A DNA stretch of 59,519 nt from Verrucomicrobiota bacterium (GTDB lineage: Bacteria > Verrucomicrobiota > Verrucomicrobiia > Opitutales > Opitutaceae), in assembly GCA_025362555.1 (NCBI GenBank), contig JANYFP010000072.1, positions 1-59,519 on the forward strand. The letters are read 5' to 3'. A model generated the notes under the pieces. The model did no database searches. It was not told the origin of the DNA and saw only the letters and a list, made by a program, of their open reading frames with translations. Positions 18,593-28,192 of the stretch are shown piece after piece. The stretch's first letter is position 1. Every line of letters starts with the position of its first letter. A program made the position numbers and the translations under genes.

Positions 18593-19366
18593 TCACGGCG
18601 TTGATTCCGCCGTGATTACTTCGTGAAGGGTTAAGAAAAACACCAAGGGTGTGCCTCGATCCACGCCTTCGGGCCATGGTTTTTCGCCGAATGAAAGCGC
18701 GGGGATCAGCACGAAGATCGCTTTGCTTTCGACCGTCATCATTTGCAGTCCCTCCATGATTCCGGGGAGCAAGCCGTCGAGTTTTACTCTCACGCGTTCA
18801 CTGCTTAGTTGCGGCAACGGCGTGGTGCCGTCCGCAGCGGTCACGCCACAACTCACCACCACCGTATCACCGGGCCGGGGTCGATTGCCAAAGCGGCCGG
18901 GTTCGATGCGGTAGGCCAGGCCGCTGTCGGTCTGCTGCAGTCGGAAACGTTTGCGCATTTCTTTGACGTATTGTTCGAGATAGCCCGGTTGGGTGAACGC
19001 TTCGACGGCCTGTCGTTTCTGTCGCGCGAGGATTTCCTGCACGCGCCGGCGCATCTCGGTGCTGACGGACTCCGCCGCAGAATCGTAGGGAGTGGGCTTG
19101 CCTAGCAGCGCACCGCGCACCCCATCAAGAAATGCCGACACCTGTTCCTCGCTCCAGCCGAGCTCGTGGAGGTGGCTGCTCTGCGCGAACGAAGATCCAA
19201 TCGCGGTAAACGCGGTGAGCGGAAACGGGCGGGCCGCGGTTGCCGGCGGATGGGCCGTGGCGGGGGCAATGTTTTCGGTCGAGATCGTCGTCTGCCCAAC
19301 GGCGCTGACTATGAGCGAGCAGAACAAAATGACGGGTGCCTTCAGGCTGAAGCGAAGTGAGACCAT
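18593..19366 (-). CDS. Exported FkpA/Mip-like FKBP-domain protein (degenerate active site)
   Basis: Signal peptide, FKBP_N-like helix (FLDGVRGAL), TDSGLAYRI, PxPGDTVVV, PGIMEGLQMM, IPALSFG and GTPLVFFLTL. Confidence 0.8.
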   Translation of the reverse strand: MVSLRFSLKAPVILFCSLIVSAVGQTTISTENIAPATAHPPATAARPFPLTAFTAIGSSFAQSSHLHELGWSEEQVSAFLDGVRGALLGKPTPYDSAAESVSTEMRRRVQEILARQKRQAVEAFTQPGYLEQYVKEMRKRFRLQQTDSGLAYRIEPGRFGNRPRPGDTVVVSCGVTAADGTTPLPQLSSERVRVKLDGLLPGIMEGLQMMTVESKAIFVLIPALSFGEKPWPEGVDRGTPLVFFLTLHEVITAESTP

Positions 19367-19395
19367 GATCGGGAGAAGTTAACGGGGAGAATGAT

Positions 19396-21807
19396 TCAGG
19401 GTGATTTTGCTGAAGCCTCGGGGCTCGCCGTGAGGCTTTGCTGGACCGGATGAATCTCGACGGAGGGCCAAGGGAAACTTTTCAGTTCAAGCAGCCTCGG
19501 GGCCGCCACGCCCTCGCGGATTTCGTAGAGGTGGTTGATTTCCAATCCGGTGACCACTTGCGTGACGCCGGTTACCGGCCAGAAAATCTCGACGCGCTTG
19601 ATCGTTGGCGCGCGGCCCACGCCGATTTCCTGCCGGAACGGTGCCGCGCCAAAACTGGCGCCGCTGCCCACGGTCCGATAAATCGAGCGCTCGCCTTCGG
19701 CGTTCTGCACGACGACCTTGATCCGGGCTCCGATGGCGGCGCGGTTGGTTTTCACGCCCTCGAGTTTCAGTTTGATCCAGTTGTTGCCGTGACCGGGATT
19801 TGCAAAAAGCTGGCTGTGCGCCGTGTCCGCCTCCGCCGCGCCGCCCATCTTAGAGAAGATATCCTGCTCGCCGTCGTTGTTAATATCGGCAAACGCGATG
19901 CCGTGGCCTTTCTGCAAATTCCCAAAACCGCCGGACGTGGTCACATCCTGAAAACGTTTGCCGCCGTCGTTGCGAAACATCCGGTTGGGAATGAGCGTGG
20001 CAAAATCCGGATTGCCCGTGCCCACATAAAAATCGAGCCAGCCGTCGTTATCAAGATCACCGAAGTTGGCGCCCATCGCGTGCAGTAATTTGTTTACGCC
20101 AGCCTCCCGGCTGACATCGGTGAAGGTGCCGTCGCCGTTGTTGTGATAAAGTTTCGCCCGCTGGGCCGCATGCGGCAAGCCGAGGTAATCCGCAGCGATA
20201 TCGCCGGCGTCCTGAATCGCGTAGCCTGTGACCATGATGTCCGGCCAACCGTCGTTATCGTAGTCAAAAAACCAGCACGGAAAACTCGAGGGCGGATCGG
20301 TCACTCCGGCCTCTTCTGCGACATCCGTGAAATGCCACGGGGCGCGCGCCGATTTGTCCGCGCCGGCCGGGCCATCGTTGCGCACCAGCATTTTTGACCG
20401 GTCTTGCGCCGAGAGGAACAGATCGGGGCGGCCGTCGTTATTGTAGTCGGCGCTCGCGACTCCTTTGAAAAATCCCACAAAGTCCACGCCATTTTCGGCG
20501 GCGCATTCGGTGAAGGTGCCGTCGCCGTTGTTGCGAAAAAGTTCGCAGGGACTCGTATCGCGGCCGGTCGATTCGTTGGCGAGATAGAGATCAAGCCAGC
20601 CGTCGCCGTTGTAGTCGAGCCACACCGCGGCTTGCGTCGGATGGAGGCGCAGGAGTCCGGCGGCTTCGGTCACATCGGTGAAGGTGCCGTCACCATTGTT
20701 GCGCAGGAGCGAAACCGGGTAATGGCCTTCGGTGTGGAGCCAGGCACCGCGCAACACCAGCACGTCGGCCCAGCCGTCATTGTTGTAGTCGCATTGGATC
20801 AGATTGAGTCCGCCGACCTCACCGATGAGCCAGGCCTGCTCGGTGCGCTCGGTGAACGTGCCGTCGCCGTTGTTGTGGAAGAGGCGCAGTTGGTCGTTCA
20901 GGCCCCAACCGGATATCATGATATCGAGAAATCCATCGCGATCGAAGTCCTCCACGATCACGCCGCCCGCGAGGCTTTCACTATCGAGGCCCACTTCGCT
21001 CGCGACATCGGGGAAGCGTTTGATATCGTAGTCCGAGGCGAAAACCTTCGGATCGATCAACCGCTTCGGCGGTACTTTGCCGGGATATTCGCCGAGGGTC
21101 ATGTACGCGATGTTCAGCAGCCAGCGGGCGCGCAGATCGCCGGGAAATTTATCCAGCAACTGGTTCAGCACGGTCACGGCACCGCGTGAACCGCGCTGCA
21201 ACTGATGCACGCCGCCGCCCGCAATCGGGAAGAGACATGAATCGGCGTTGTGATTGAGCAGGCAGTTTTCCTGCTCTCCCATGCGGAGGTAGCACAGTGC
21301 CCGCACATTCAGCAGATCGGGCAAAATGTGGACATCCTCCACGGGAATATTATTCTGGCGCATCAGCCGTTCGACGGTCTCATTTTCCCAAAGCGCTTCT
21401 TCGGAGTGGCCCATGTTGAGCAATTGCTGGGCGAGTTGGATGTGGAGGAAGATGATTTTTTCCGGATCGGTCGCGCGGGTGATGTTCGCGCGTAGCAACG
21501 CCACCTGTTCCGTGGAACGGAATGGATTTCGCATCGGGTACGCGTCCCGGATGATTTGCTGGAGGAGCGCCGCCATGCGCCGCGTGCTCTCAGGTTCCTT
21601 GAGCAGGGCGGCGGCGATTCTTGCGGCCTGTTCGGGGGTCGAGGTCGTCACTCCGGGCATGCAGAATTCCGGGTTTTGTGGCGCAGCGGCTGACCAGTGC
21701 ACGGTCCAGGCGAGGCCTGCGATCAGCGCAATTGCAACCCGCAGAATTGAGCGCGCGCCGGTTGGGCTCAGCAGGGCGGGGAACTGAAAACGAGCGTGGA
21801 TCGTCAT
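19396..21807 (-). CDS. Secreted helical-repeat + FG-GAP + ASPIC/UnbV (CRTAC1-family) protein
   Basis: YLRMGEQENC..HNADSCLFP and RWLLNIAYMTLGEYP N-domain, repeated DYNNDGxxD/NNGDGTF, C-terminal NRAAIGARI..EIGVG..IFWP. Confidence 0.88.
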   Translation of the reverse strand: MTIHARFQFPALLSPTGARSILRVAIALIAGLAWTVHWSAAAPQNPEFCMPGVTTSTPEQAARIAAALLKEPESTRRMAALLQQIIRDAYPMRNPFRSTEQVALLRANITRATDPEKIIFLHIQLAQQLLNMGHSEEALWENETVERLMRQNNIPVEDVHILPDLLNVRALCYLRMGEQENCLLNHNADSCLFPIAGGGVHQLQRGSRGAVTVLNQLLDKFPGDLRARWLLNIAYMTLGEYPGKVPPKRLIDPKVFASDYDIKRFPDVASEVGLDSESLAGGVIVEDFDRDGFLDIMISGWGLNDQLRLFHNNGDGTFTERTEQAWLIGEVGGLNLIQCDYNNDGWADVLVLRGAWLHTEGHYPVSLLRNNGDGTFTDVTEAAGLLRLHPTQAAVWLDYNGDGWLDLYLANESTGRDTSPCELFRNNGDGTFTECAAENGVDFVGFFKGVASADYNNDGRPDLFLSAQDRSKMLVRNDGPAGADKSARAPWHFTDVAEEAGVTDPPSSFPCWFFDYDNDGWPDIMVTGYAIQDAGDIAADYLGLPHAAQRAKLYHNNGDGTFTDVSREAGVNKLLHAMGANFGDLDNDGWLDFYVGTGNPDFATLIPNRMFRNDGGKRFQDVTTSGGFGNLQKGHGIAFADINNDGEQDIFSKMGGAAEADTAHSQLFANPGHGNNWIKLKLEGVKTNRAAIGARIKVVVQNAEGERSIYRTVGSGASFGAAPFRQEIGVGRAPTIKRVEIFWPVTGVTQVVTGLEINHLYEIREGVAAPRLLELKSFPWPSVEIHPVQQSLTASPEASAKSP

Positions 21808-22277
21808 CGAGCCGGAGAACTATGAAGGGTGGGCGCATTTGAAATAGTTATGGGGTCAAACGCCGCATCGCCGTGGCTATTCGCTAATTTTCCGGGGTGA
21901 AGGCACGGAGCCTTTTTCACGGTTTCATTTCTCGGATCCCGTTTTGGAGTGATTCAGTTTGGTTGGCGGTGGAGGGCTTGCTTGTCCGATCGAAGCCCTT
22001 GGCCAAGGGGGGGGAAACCCCGATGGTTCGGGGCAAGGTCGTTGTTGGCTGCTGCCGGCAACGGCAGTTCTGGCCGTCGCCAAAGCAAATCGCGGCATGA
22101 AGTCGCTCCCTCCTCGACGCGTGGTGCGTGCCATCTGCTGTTGTGAAATGAGTCCGCGCTTGGCGGATTTTACCTCGCCAGCCGAGGCCTTTTCGCCTAT
22201 CAAGCTCTTGTTTCCCGCTGAGCTGATCTCTTCTTGTTCCGCCCTCTCCACGCTTTCTGTTTTTGATTACTCCTCTC

Positions 22278-24419
22278 ATGCGACTGCATTGCCTGAATCG
22301 GAATGGATTTTGGTTGGTCGCGCTCTTTTTTGCGACTGCCGCATACGCCACTGACGTGGAGCCGAAACGTTCCTTGTTCGATTTGAGTTTGGAGGAATTG
22401 GTGCAGGTTCAGGTGGTGACGGCGGCCTCCGGCTACGCGCAAAATCTATTAGACGCACCGGCCAGTGTTTCGATCATCGAGGCGGAGGAATGGGAGGCTA
22501 ATGGTGCACGGACGCTGAACGACGCGATCCGGGCTTTGCCGGGCGTCCAAATTACCAAAGTGCAGACGGGTGCGACGAAGGACAAAATTTCCCTGCGCGG
22601 GCTTTCCGGTACTTTCGGCCAACAGGTCCTTATGCTCGTGGATGGATTGCCCATTAACCGGTTGTATGATGGCGGGGTTAACTTTGGTAATCGGATTCCC
22701 TTGATCGGATTCAAACGGATCGAAGTGGTCAAAGGTCCGGGCTCGGCGGTTTATGGGGCCGATGCGTTTGGCGGGGTTATTAATCTCGTCAGCTACGAAC
22801 CTGGAGAAATGCCTTCCAAGTTAGTGTTTCGCCACGGTGGCTTCGATACTTGGGAGGCGGGCTTTTCCCATGCACTTAAAATTGGCGATGGTGCCTTACA
22901 GTTAGCGTATGAATATCAGCGCAGCGCGGATGACAGCGGGAAAACCGTCAACACGGATCTCCAAAGTACGTTTGACCGGATCTTCGGAACCACCGCTTCG
23001 CATGCTCCCGGGAAGTTCGATGAACATTACACGATCTCCAGTCTTCGCGCCAGGTGGAAGTGGCACGCGCTGTCTTTCGACGTCAATGACTGGCGCAATC
23101 TCGGCGCGGGTCTGGGTGCGGGCGTGGCCCAGGCGCTTGATCCGCGGGGTTATTCGAAGGAGGCGACCGCCAATTACAAATTGGGTCTGGATCTTTCAGC
23201 TTTCGCGCCCGGGCAACTGGATTTTCATTTGAGCTATCGCCGTGAAGTGACGAGCACCTTGTTTAATATTTTCCCGCCCGGTGCTCGCTTGCCAATCGGA
23301 AGTGATGGCAATCTTAACTTCGTGGTGCCGGTCAATCTCGTCACTTTTCCGGACGGTTACATCGGCTTTCCGCGTCTCAACAATCGGGCCTACAGTGCGG
23401 ATTTGATTCATGTATTGGAGGTGGGCGAGGCGCACCGGGTGCGCTGGGAATTCGGTTACGATCAGATTCAGCTCCACGCGCAGGAGACGAAGAATTTTGG
23501 TCCCGGCGTGATCGACGGTTCGAAGCTGGTCGTCGGCGGGACGCTCGCGGATGTCACGGGAACCCCGTATGTTTTTATGCGGAACCAAAGCCGCGATGTC
23601 TGGCATCTTTCGCTGCAGGATGAATGGAAGATTACTGAGGAGCTTCGCGCCACTCTGGGTGTGCGGCAGGATCACTATGCGAATTTTGGCGCGACCACCA
23701 ATCCGCGTCTCGGAGCCAGCTATCGGCTTTCCAAAGATGTCGCCTTTAAGGTGTCTGCCGGCTCCGCGTTTCGGGCTCCGTCTTTTGTTGATCTCTATGT
23801 TTCAAATAATCCAGCCGGCGTCGGCAATCCTGTGTTGCAACCGGAAACGATTCGCACGGTCGATGCAGGATTTTCCGCGATCATGCCGTTTGCCGAGCAG
23901 CTGCAGATTGACGTGAGCATTTTCCGCTACGACGCGAAGCGACTCATCGAATTTGTCGCGGTGCCGGTGACCGGGGTGCAGGTCGCTCAAAACGTCGGCA
24001 CGCGCAACGGCCAGGGCTTTGAGTTTAGCGGCCGGTGGCAGGTCGCCAAAGGGCTTTCCACCGATTTTAACTACAGTTTTGTCGACGAGGAAAATGAATG
24101 GGGCCGACCCCAGCCGGAGGTGGCGCGGCAGACCGCTTACCTCGGCGGCCATTGGCAGCCCAACGATAAATATCACGCGTACGTGGGCGTGAAGTGGGTG
24201 GCGGACCGGCAGCGCGCGGCCGGCGATTTACGTCCGTCGATTGCTGATTATTATTTGGGTTCGGCCAAACTCGAACGTCGCTTTGATCACCTCGCGATTA
24301 GTTTATCGGTGGAGAATCTGTTTAACGCTGCTGCGCGGGAGCCGAGCAATGGTTCAATCGCCGATGATTATCCGCTGGCCGGCCGGCAGTGGATGCTGGA
24401 GACGAGCTGGACGTTTTAG
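22278..24419 (+). CDS. TonB-dependent receptor (YfiR-associated subtype)
   Basis: LFDLSLEEL N-terminal box, plug motif RIEVVKGPGSAVYGADAFGGVINL, NPVLQPE, VENLFN and C-terminal WTF. Confidence 0.92.
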   Translation: MRLHCLNRNGFWLVALFFATAAYATDVEPKRSLFDLSLEELVQVQVVTAASGYAQNLLDAPASVSIIEAEEWEANGARTLNDAIRALPGVQITKVQTGATKDKISLRGLSGTFGQQVLMLVDGLPINRLYDGGVNFGNRIPLIGFKRIEVVKGPGSAVYGADAFGGVINLVSYEPGEMPSKLVFRHGGFDTWEAGFSHALKIGDGALQLAYEYQRSADDSGKTVNTDLQSTFDRIFGTTASHAPGKFDEHYTISSLRARWKWHALSFDVNDWRNLGAGLGAGVAQALDPRGYSKEATANYKLGLDLSAFAPGQLDFHLSYRREVTSTLFNIFPPGARLPIGSDGNLNFVVPVNLVTFPDGYIGFPRLNNRAYSADLIHVLEVGEAHRVRWEFGYDQIQLHAQETKNFGPGVIDGSKLVVGGTLADVTGTPYVFMRNQSRDVWHLSLQDEWKITEELRATLGVRQDHYANFGATTNPRLGASYRLSKDVAFKVSAGSAFRAPSFVDLYVSNNPAGVGNPVLQPETIRTVDAGFSAIMPFAEQLQIDVSIFRYDAKRLIEFVAVPVTGVQVAQNVGTRNGQGFEFSGRWQVAKGLSTDFNYSFVDEENEWGRPQPEVARQTAYLGGHWQPNDKYHAYVGVKWVADRQRAAGDLRPSIADYYLGSAKLERRFDHLAISLSVENLFNAAAREPSNGSIADDYPLAGRQWMLETSWTF

Positions 24420-24462
24420 GCGGAACGCGGGGAGTGAGTGAAGCGTGTGCTTCAGCGGTAAA

Positions 24463-24540
24463 TGTGGGCGGGGTGCCCTCACCCCGCAGGTTTGGGAATT
24501 CGATGGGCACGCCTCGCGGGGTGAGGACATCCCGCCCACA
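24463..24540. repeat. REPIN, family C (inverted pair)
   Basis: TGTGGGCGGGGTGCCCTCACCCCGC ... GCGGGGTGAGGACATCCCGCCCACA. Confidence 0.8.
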
Positions 24541-24547
24541 ACTGGAG

Positions 24548-24615
24548 GTAGGTGGCGCGCTTGCCGCGCCACGGTCCGATCAGTTCGATCGTTCGGCGGC
24601 GAGCGCACTCACTAC
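24548..24615. repeat. REPIN, family B (inverted pair)
   Basis: GTAGGTGGCGCGCTTGCCGCGCCAC ... GCGGCGAGCGCACTCACTAC, homologous to 34600-34714. Confidence 0.75.
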
Positions 24616-24655
24616 GGGATTAATCCTGCCGCCGCGCGGCACCACGGCGCGCGCC

Positions 24656-27361
24656 TCACGCCCGGCGCTCGAGTGCGTTCGCGACGGCGTCGAGTAAGGA
24701 TTCGCTCGTGAAAGGTTTTTGCAGCGGGCCAAACAGTCCGGCTTCCTGGATGGCGCGGGAGTCCAGATTGCCGCCAAAGCCGGTCGCGAGAATAATTGGA
24801 ATACCAGGCCTGACCCCTCTGATCTCAGCCGCCAGTTTGGTGCCTTTGATGTGCGGCATCGTGAGGTCGGTGATGACCAGATCGAAAATCGCGGGGTTTT
24901 CATGAAAGACCTTCAACGCCAGCACCGGATCGTTGAAAGGTTTCACCCGATAACCGGCCCGGCGCAGCACGTTATCGATGACGAATAGCACCAGCTCTTC
25001 ATCATCCACGACCATGACGCACCGGTCTGCGCCAACTTGCGGCAAGGGAGAGAGCGAGGAGGGGGTTGGCGGTGTCGCCGCGCCCTCGATCGCATCCTTG
25101 CCGTTGATGGGGAAATAAATTTGGAAGGACGTGCCTTTGCCGGGCACACTGTAAACCACGATCGCTCCGCCGTGCTGCTGCACAATGCCGTGGACCACCG
25201 CGAGGCCCAAGCCGGTGCCCTTGCCCGTATCTTTGGTGGTAAAGAAGGGTTCGAAAATCCGGCACAAGGTTTGCTCGCTCATGCCTGAGCCCGTATCGGT
25301 CACCCATAAGCGGAGAAACCGACCGGGTTGGAGCTGCGGTTTCTGCTTCATCATTTCACGGTCAACCCAGACTTCGTCGAGAATGAATTCCAGGCGTCCG
25401 CCCTGTTCTTCCATCGCATGGGCGGCGTTGGTGGCGAGATTGACGACGATCTGGTGGAGCTGGGTGACATCGGCGGAAATTTTTGGCAGGTGGTCGGGTA
25501 ACTGGGTGCGAATCTCAATCGAGGTGGGCAGGACCGAGCGCAGCAGTTTGATCGAGTCCCGCACCACGGGCGCGAGATCGGTGGGCTCGAGCTTCTGCTC
25601 TGAGCGGCGGCTGAAGGTGAGGATTTGTTTGACCAGATCCTTGGCGCGATGCGATGCGACCAGGGTTTGCCCCAGTAATGACCGCGCGGGGTGTTGCGCC
25701 GGGAGTTCCATCTCGGCGAGCTGCGCGTTGCCGATAATTGCTGTGAGAAGATTGTTGAAATCGTGCGCGACGCCCCCCGCCAGATTGCCGACGGCTTCCA
25801 TTTTCTGTGACTGGCGGAGCTGCGATTCGAGCCCCGCATGGGCTTCCTCCGCCTTTTTTTGCTCGGTGATGTCCTGCATCGAACCGTACAACCGCACGGG
25901 CTGTCCCGCTTGGTTGAACTCGACCGCACCAGTGACCAGCACCCAGCGGAAGGATCCGTTGGGGCGGACAATGCGGTATTCGCTGGACGGATATTCATCG
26001 CTGTTCTTGGCGGCCGCGATGCGTTGCTCGACGGCGGCGCGGTCGGAGGGAAAAATCTGGCGGAAGAAATTCTCCAACGTGGTGTCGATGCTGCGTGGCT
26101 CCTGGCCGAGGATGCGGAAAATCTCGTCGGACCCGCTGACCGCGCGCGTTATCAGGTCGATTTCCCAACTGCCGATGTGTGCGATGCGCTGGGAGTCGTT
26201 GAGCAGCGCACGATTCTGGCGCAGGGCCTCATCGGCCGCTTTGCGCTCGACCAGACTGTTCGCCAGTCCGCAATAGCCGGTGATTTTCCCTTCGGAATCG
26301 CGCAGGGCGGAGACGATGAGATAAACCGGGATGCGTTGGCCGTTTTTATGGATGAGAGTCCATTCGCGGGCCTCGGGCAGCCGGCGCTGCGGCTTCGCGG
26401 TGAAGACGGCAAAACCGGGTGCAATCGTGGTGTTGAATTCACGTGAAAGGGCCGCCGCGTAGAGGGCAATTTCGTCGGCGTCGTGCCACAGCAAGAGCGC
26501 CTTTTGGCCGACAATCTCGGCGGAGGAATAACCGAGCAGTTGTTCCGCCGCCGGATTAAAGGTCGCGATGGTTCCGTCGAGTGTGGTGGCGATAACGAGC
26601 ACTTCCGTGGCATCGAGGATCGCGCGCTGAAAGGCGGCGGATTTGGCGATATGTTGGTCGCGGGTGGCGATGCTCGCCAGCATTTCGTTGAAGGTGGTCG
26701 CGAGTTCGCCGACTTCGTCCGTTCCGGTAACGGGCGTTCGGAGACTGTAATCGCTGGTGAGGTGGACCTGGGCAGCGGTTTCGGCGAGTTGCACGATCGG
26801 ACGCGTGACGGTCCGTTGCAGCAGACGGCTCAGAAAAATACTGCCCAGGGTGAGCACCACCAGCACTACGCCGAGGATGGTCAGTGATTCGCGCAGGCCG
26901 CGACGATACGCGCTGACATCGGTTTCCAAGAGGAGCCGGCCGATCAGCCGGTTTTCGTTGCGGAGTTCGTAGACGAGCAGCGCACGATCGGCGGCGCGGT
27001 AGAACCCCACGGGGTGCAGTTCCTGGCGGAAGTGCAAGGTCGTGCCGGTGCGGGTATAGCTGGCGAAGGGTTGTTCCGTGCCGTCGGGCTCCGTCCGGAA
27101 AACGGCGGCGCCAAGAATCGTACGACTCGGTTCCAGGCGGGCGAGATTTTGACTGGCGACGTCCGGTTGATCGAAATCGAGCGCGGCGACGAGGCTGAAC
27201 GCGAGTGAATCCGCGAGAGCTTCGAGGGTGCTCCGCGCGCGGGTTTCGGAAGAGCGGTATTCGAAGAGGGAGAGGGTTACGGCCGCAGTTACCAGCGCCA
27301 GCGCGAAGGCGCCGAACAGCGTCAGCGTCACTTTGCGGCGAATGGAAAGGGCGGCTTTCAT
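24656..27361 (-). CDS. Hybrid sensor histidine kinase (periplasmic CHASE8-like sensor, HAMP, two PAS, HisKA/HATPase, receiver)
   Basis: Two TM helices, HAMP (DEVGELATTFNEML), PAS domains, H-box VAHDFNNLL, G-boxes DTGSG/GTGLGL, receiver DLVITDLTMP. Confidence 0.93.
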   Translation of the reverse strand: MKAALSIRRKVTLTLFGAFALALVTAAVTLSLFEYRSSETRARSTLEALADSLAFSLVAALDFDQPDVASQNLARLEPSRTILGAAVFRTEPDGTEQPFASYTRTGTTLHFRQELHPVGFYRAADRALLVYELRNENRLIGRLLLETDVSAYRRGLRESLTILGVVLVVLTLGSIFLSRLLQRTVTRPIVQLAETAAQVHLTSDYSLRTPVTGTDEVGELATTFNEMLASIATRDQHIAKSAAFQRAILDATEVLVIATTLDGTIATFNPAAEQLLGYSSAEIVGQKALLLWHDADEIALYAAALSREFNTTIAPGFAVFTAKPQRRLPEAREWTLIHKNGQRIPVYLIVSALRDSEGKITGYCGLANSLVERKAADEALRQNRALLNDSQRIAHIGSWEIDLITRAVSGSDEIFRILGQEPRSIDTTLENFFRQIFPSDRAAVEQRIAAAKNSDEYPSSEYRIVRPNGSFRWVLVTGAVEFNQAGQPVRLYGSMQDITEQKKAEEAHAGLESQLRQSQKMEAVGNLAGGVAHDFNNLLTAIIGNAQLAEMELPAQHPARSLLGQTLVASHRAKDLVKQILTFSRRSEQKLEPTDLAPVVRDSIKLLRSVLPTSIEIRTQLPDHLPKISADVTQLHQIVVNLATNAAHAMEEQGGRLEFILDEVWVDREMMKQKPQLQPGRFLRLWVTDTGSGMSEQTLCRIFEPFFTTKDTGKGTGLGLAVVHGIVQQHGGAIVVYSVPGKGTSFQIYFPINGKDAIEGAATPPTPSSLSPLPQVGADRCVMVVDDEELVLFVIDNVLRRAGYRVKPFNDPVLALKVFHENPAIFDLVITDLTMPHIKGTKLAAEIRGVRPGIPIILATGFGGNLDSRAIQEAGLFGPLQKPFTSESLLDAVANALERRA

Positions 27362-28083
27362 AGTGATCGCGCCGGCCGCGGCGTGGTCAGGGGTAAGGAA
27401 TTTTCAAGCAGACCGGGGGTGGCCTTCAGGCCTTGGGCCGTGAGCAAACCGGGGTTGAGGCGGTAGCGAATGCTTTGATTTTGCAACAACAGCTCAATTG
27501 CGGCGGCGACCGCAGTTGAGCCCTTCTCGTGGTAGAAAACGGTGAGCACCGGGCGATCGACAAAGATTTTTGCGGCGGCGGCGGCGCTCGCTCCGGAGGA
27601 GGGCAGCAGGACGATTTGGCAACCGCTCAAATCGTCGGCGTCGGTCGCGTGGACGATGACGATCAGCCGGCCTCGGATGAACATTCCTTTGACGATGGGA
27701 TCAAGTGAGTCCCGAACGCGCTCATTGTTCAGCACACCGATCCGCCACGGTTCGCCGGGTGGCGGGACCGCTTCGGGCCATTCGATATACTTAACAAAGT
27801 TGAGGAGGTAGGCGGCGATGAGGGATTCGGGATCGCTTTTCGCGGGCAGCGTGCGCTTCGTCGGAGTGTCGGCGGTGTCGGCGGCCCGGGCGGCAGTTGG
27901 CGCGGAAATTATCAGGGCCAAAATAAACAGCAGCTGGCCGCAATGCGGGAGAGAGGCCTGGCGACGCGAAACAATTGGCACCGTTATCGTGGTCCGGCTG
28001 GAGGGGAAAGCGGGCTGTGAATGGAAGCGCATCAACGGTGGCTCCATCGTTGGTGGAAGTGAGACGGACGGGCAAGCTCGCAT
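27358..28083 (-). CDS. yfiR: YfiR/HmsC (DUF4154) family periplasmic protein
   Basis: AAYLLNFVKYIEWP signature, CQIVL, and C-terminal IRYRLN..GL. Stop overlaps the kinase start (ATGA). Start uncertain. Confidence 0.8.
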   Translation of the reverse strand: MRACPSVSLPPTMEPPLMRFHSQPAFPSSRTTITVPIVSRRQASLPHCGQLLFILALIISAPTAARAADTADTPTKRTLPAKSDPESLIAAYLLNFVKYIEWPEAVPPPGEPWRIGVLNNERVRDSLDPIVKGMFIRGRLIVIVHATDADDLSGCQIVLLPSSGASAAAAAKIFVDRPVLTVFYHEKGSTAVAAAIELLLQNQSIRYRLNPGLLTAQGLKATPGLLENSLPLTTPRPARSL

Positions 28084-28192
28084 CTGTGAGATTCAGGGCT
28101 TCGTTCAGCCTCGAATGGGGCGGCTGCGGCGTTCGCGTGGTGGCGAAAACGGCCCGACCGATCATGAAGCGAAATTAACGGTGGCGCGGGAA

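Noticed and set aside
21852-21905. Weak 21-bp-phased copies of the LytTR-like box upstream of the 803-aa CRTAC gene
   Set aside because: Only about 6-8 of 12 matches in GC-rich DNA, too degenerate to call without a PWM scan.
21925-22251. Short ORFs between the CRTAC gene and the TBDR
   Set aside because: No motifs and mutually overlapping on both strands; likely a divergent promoter region.
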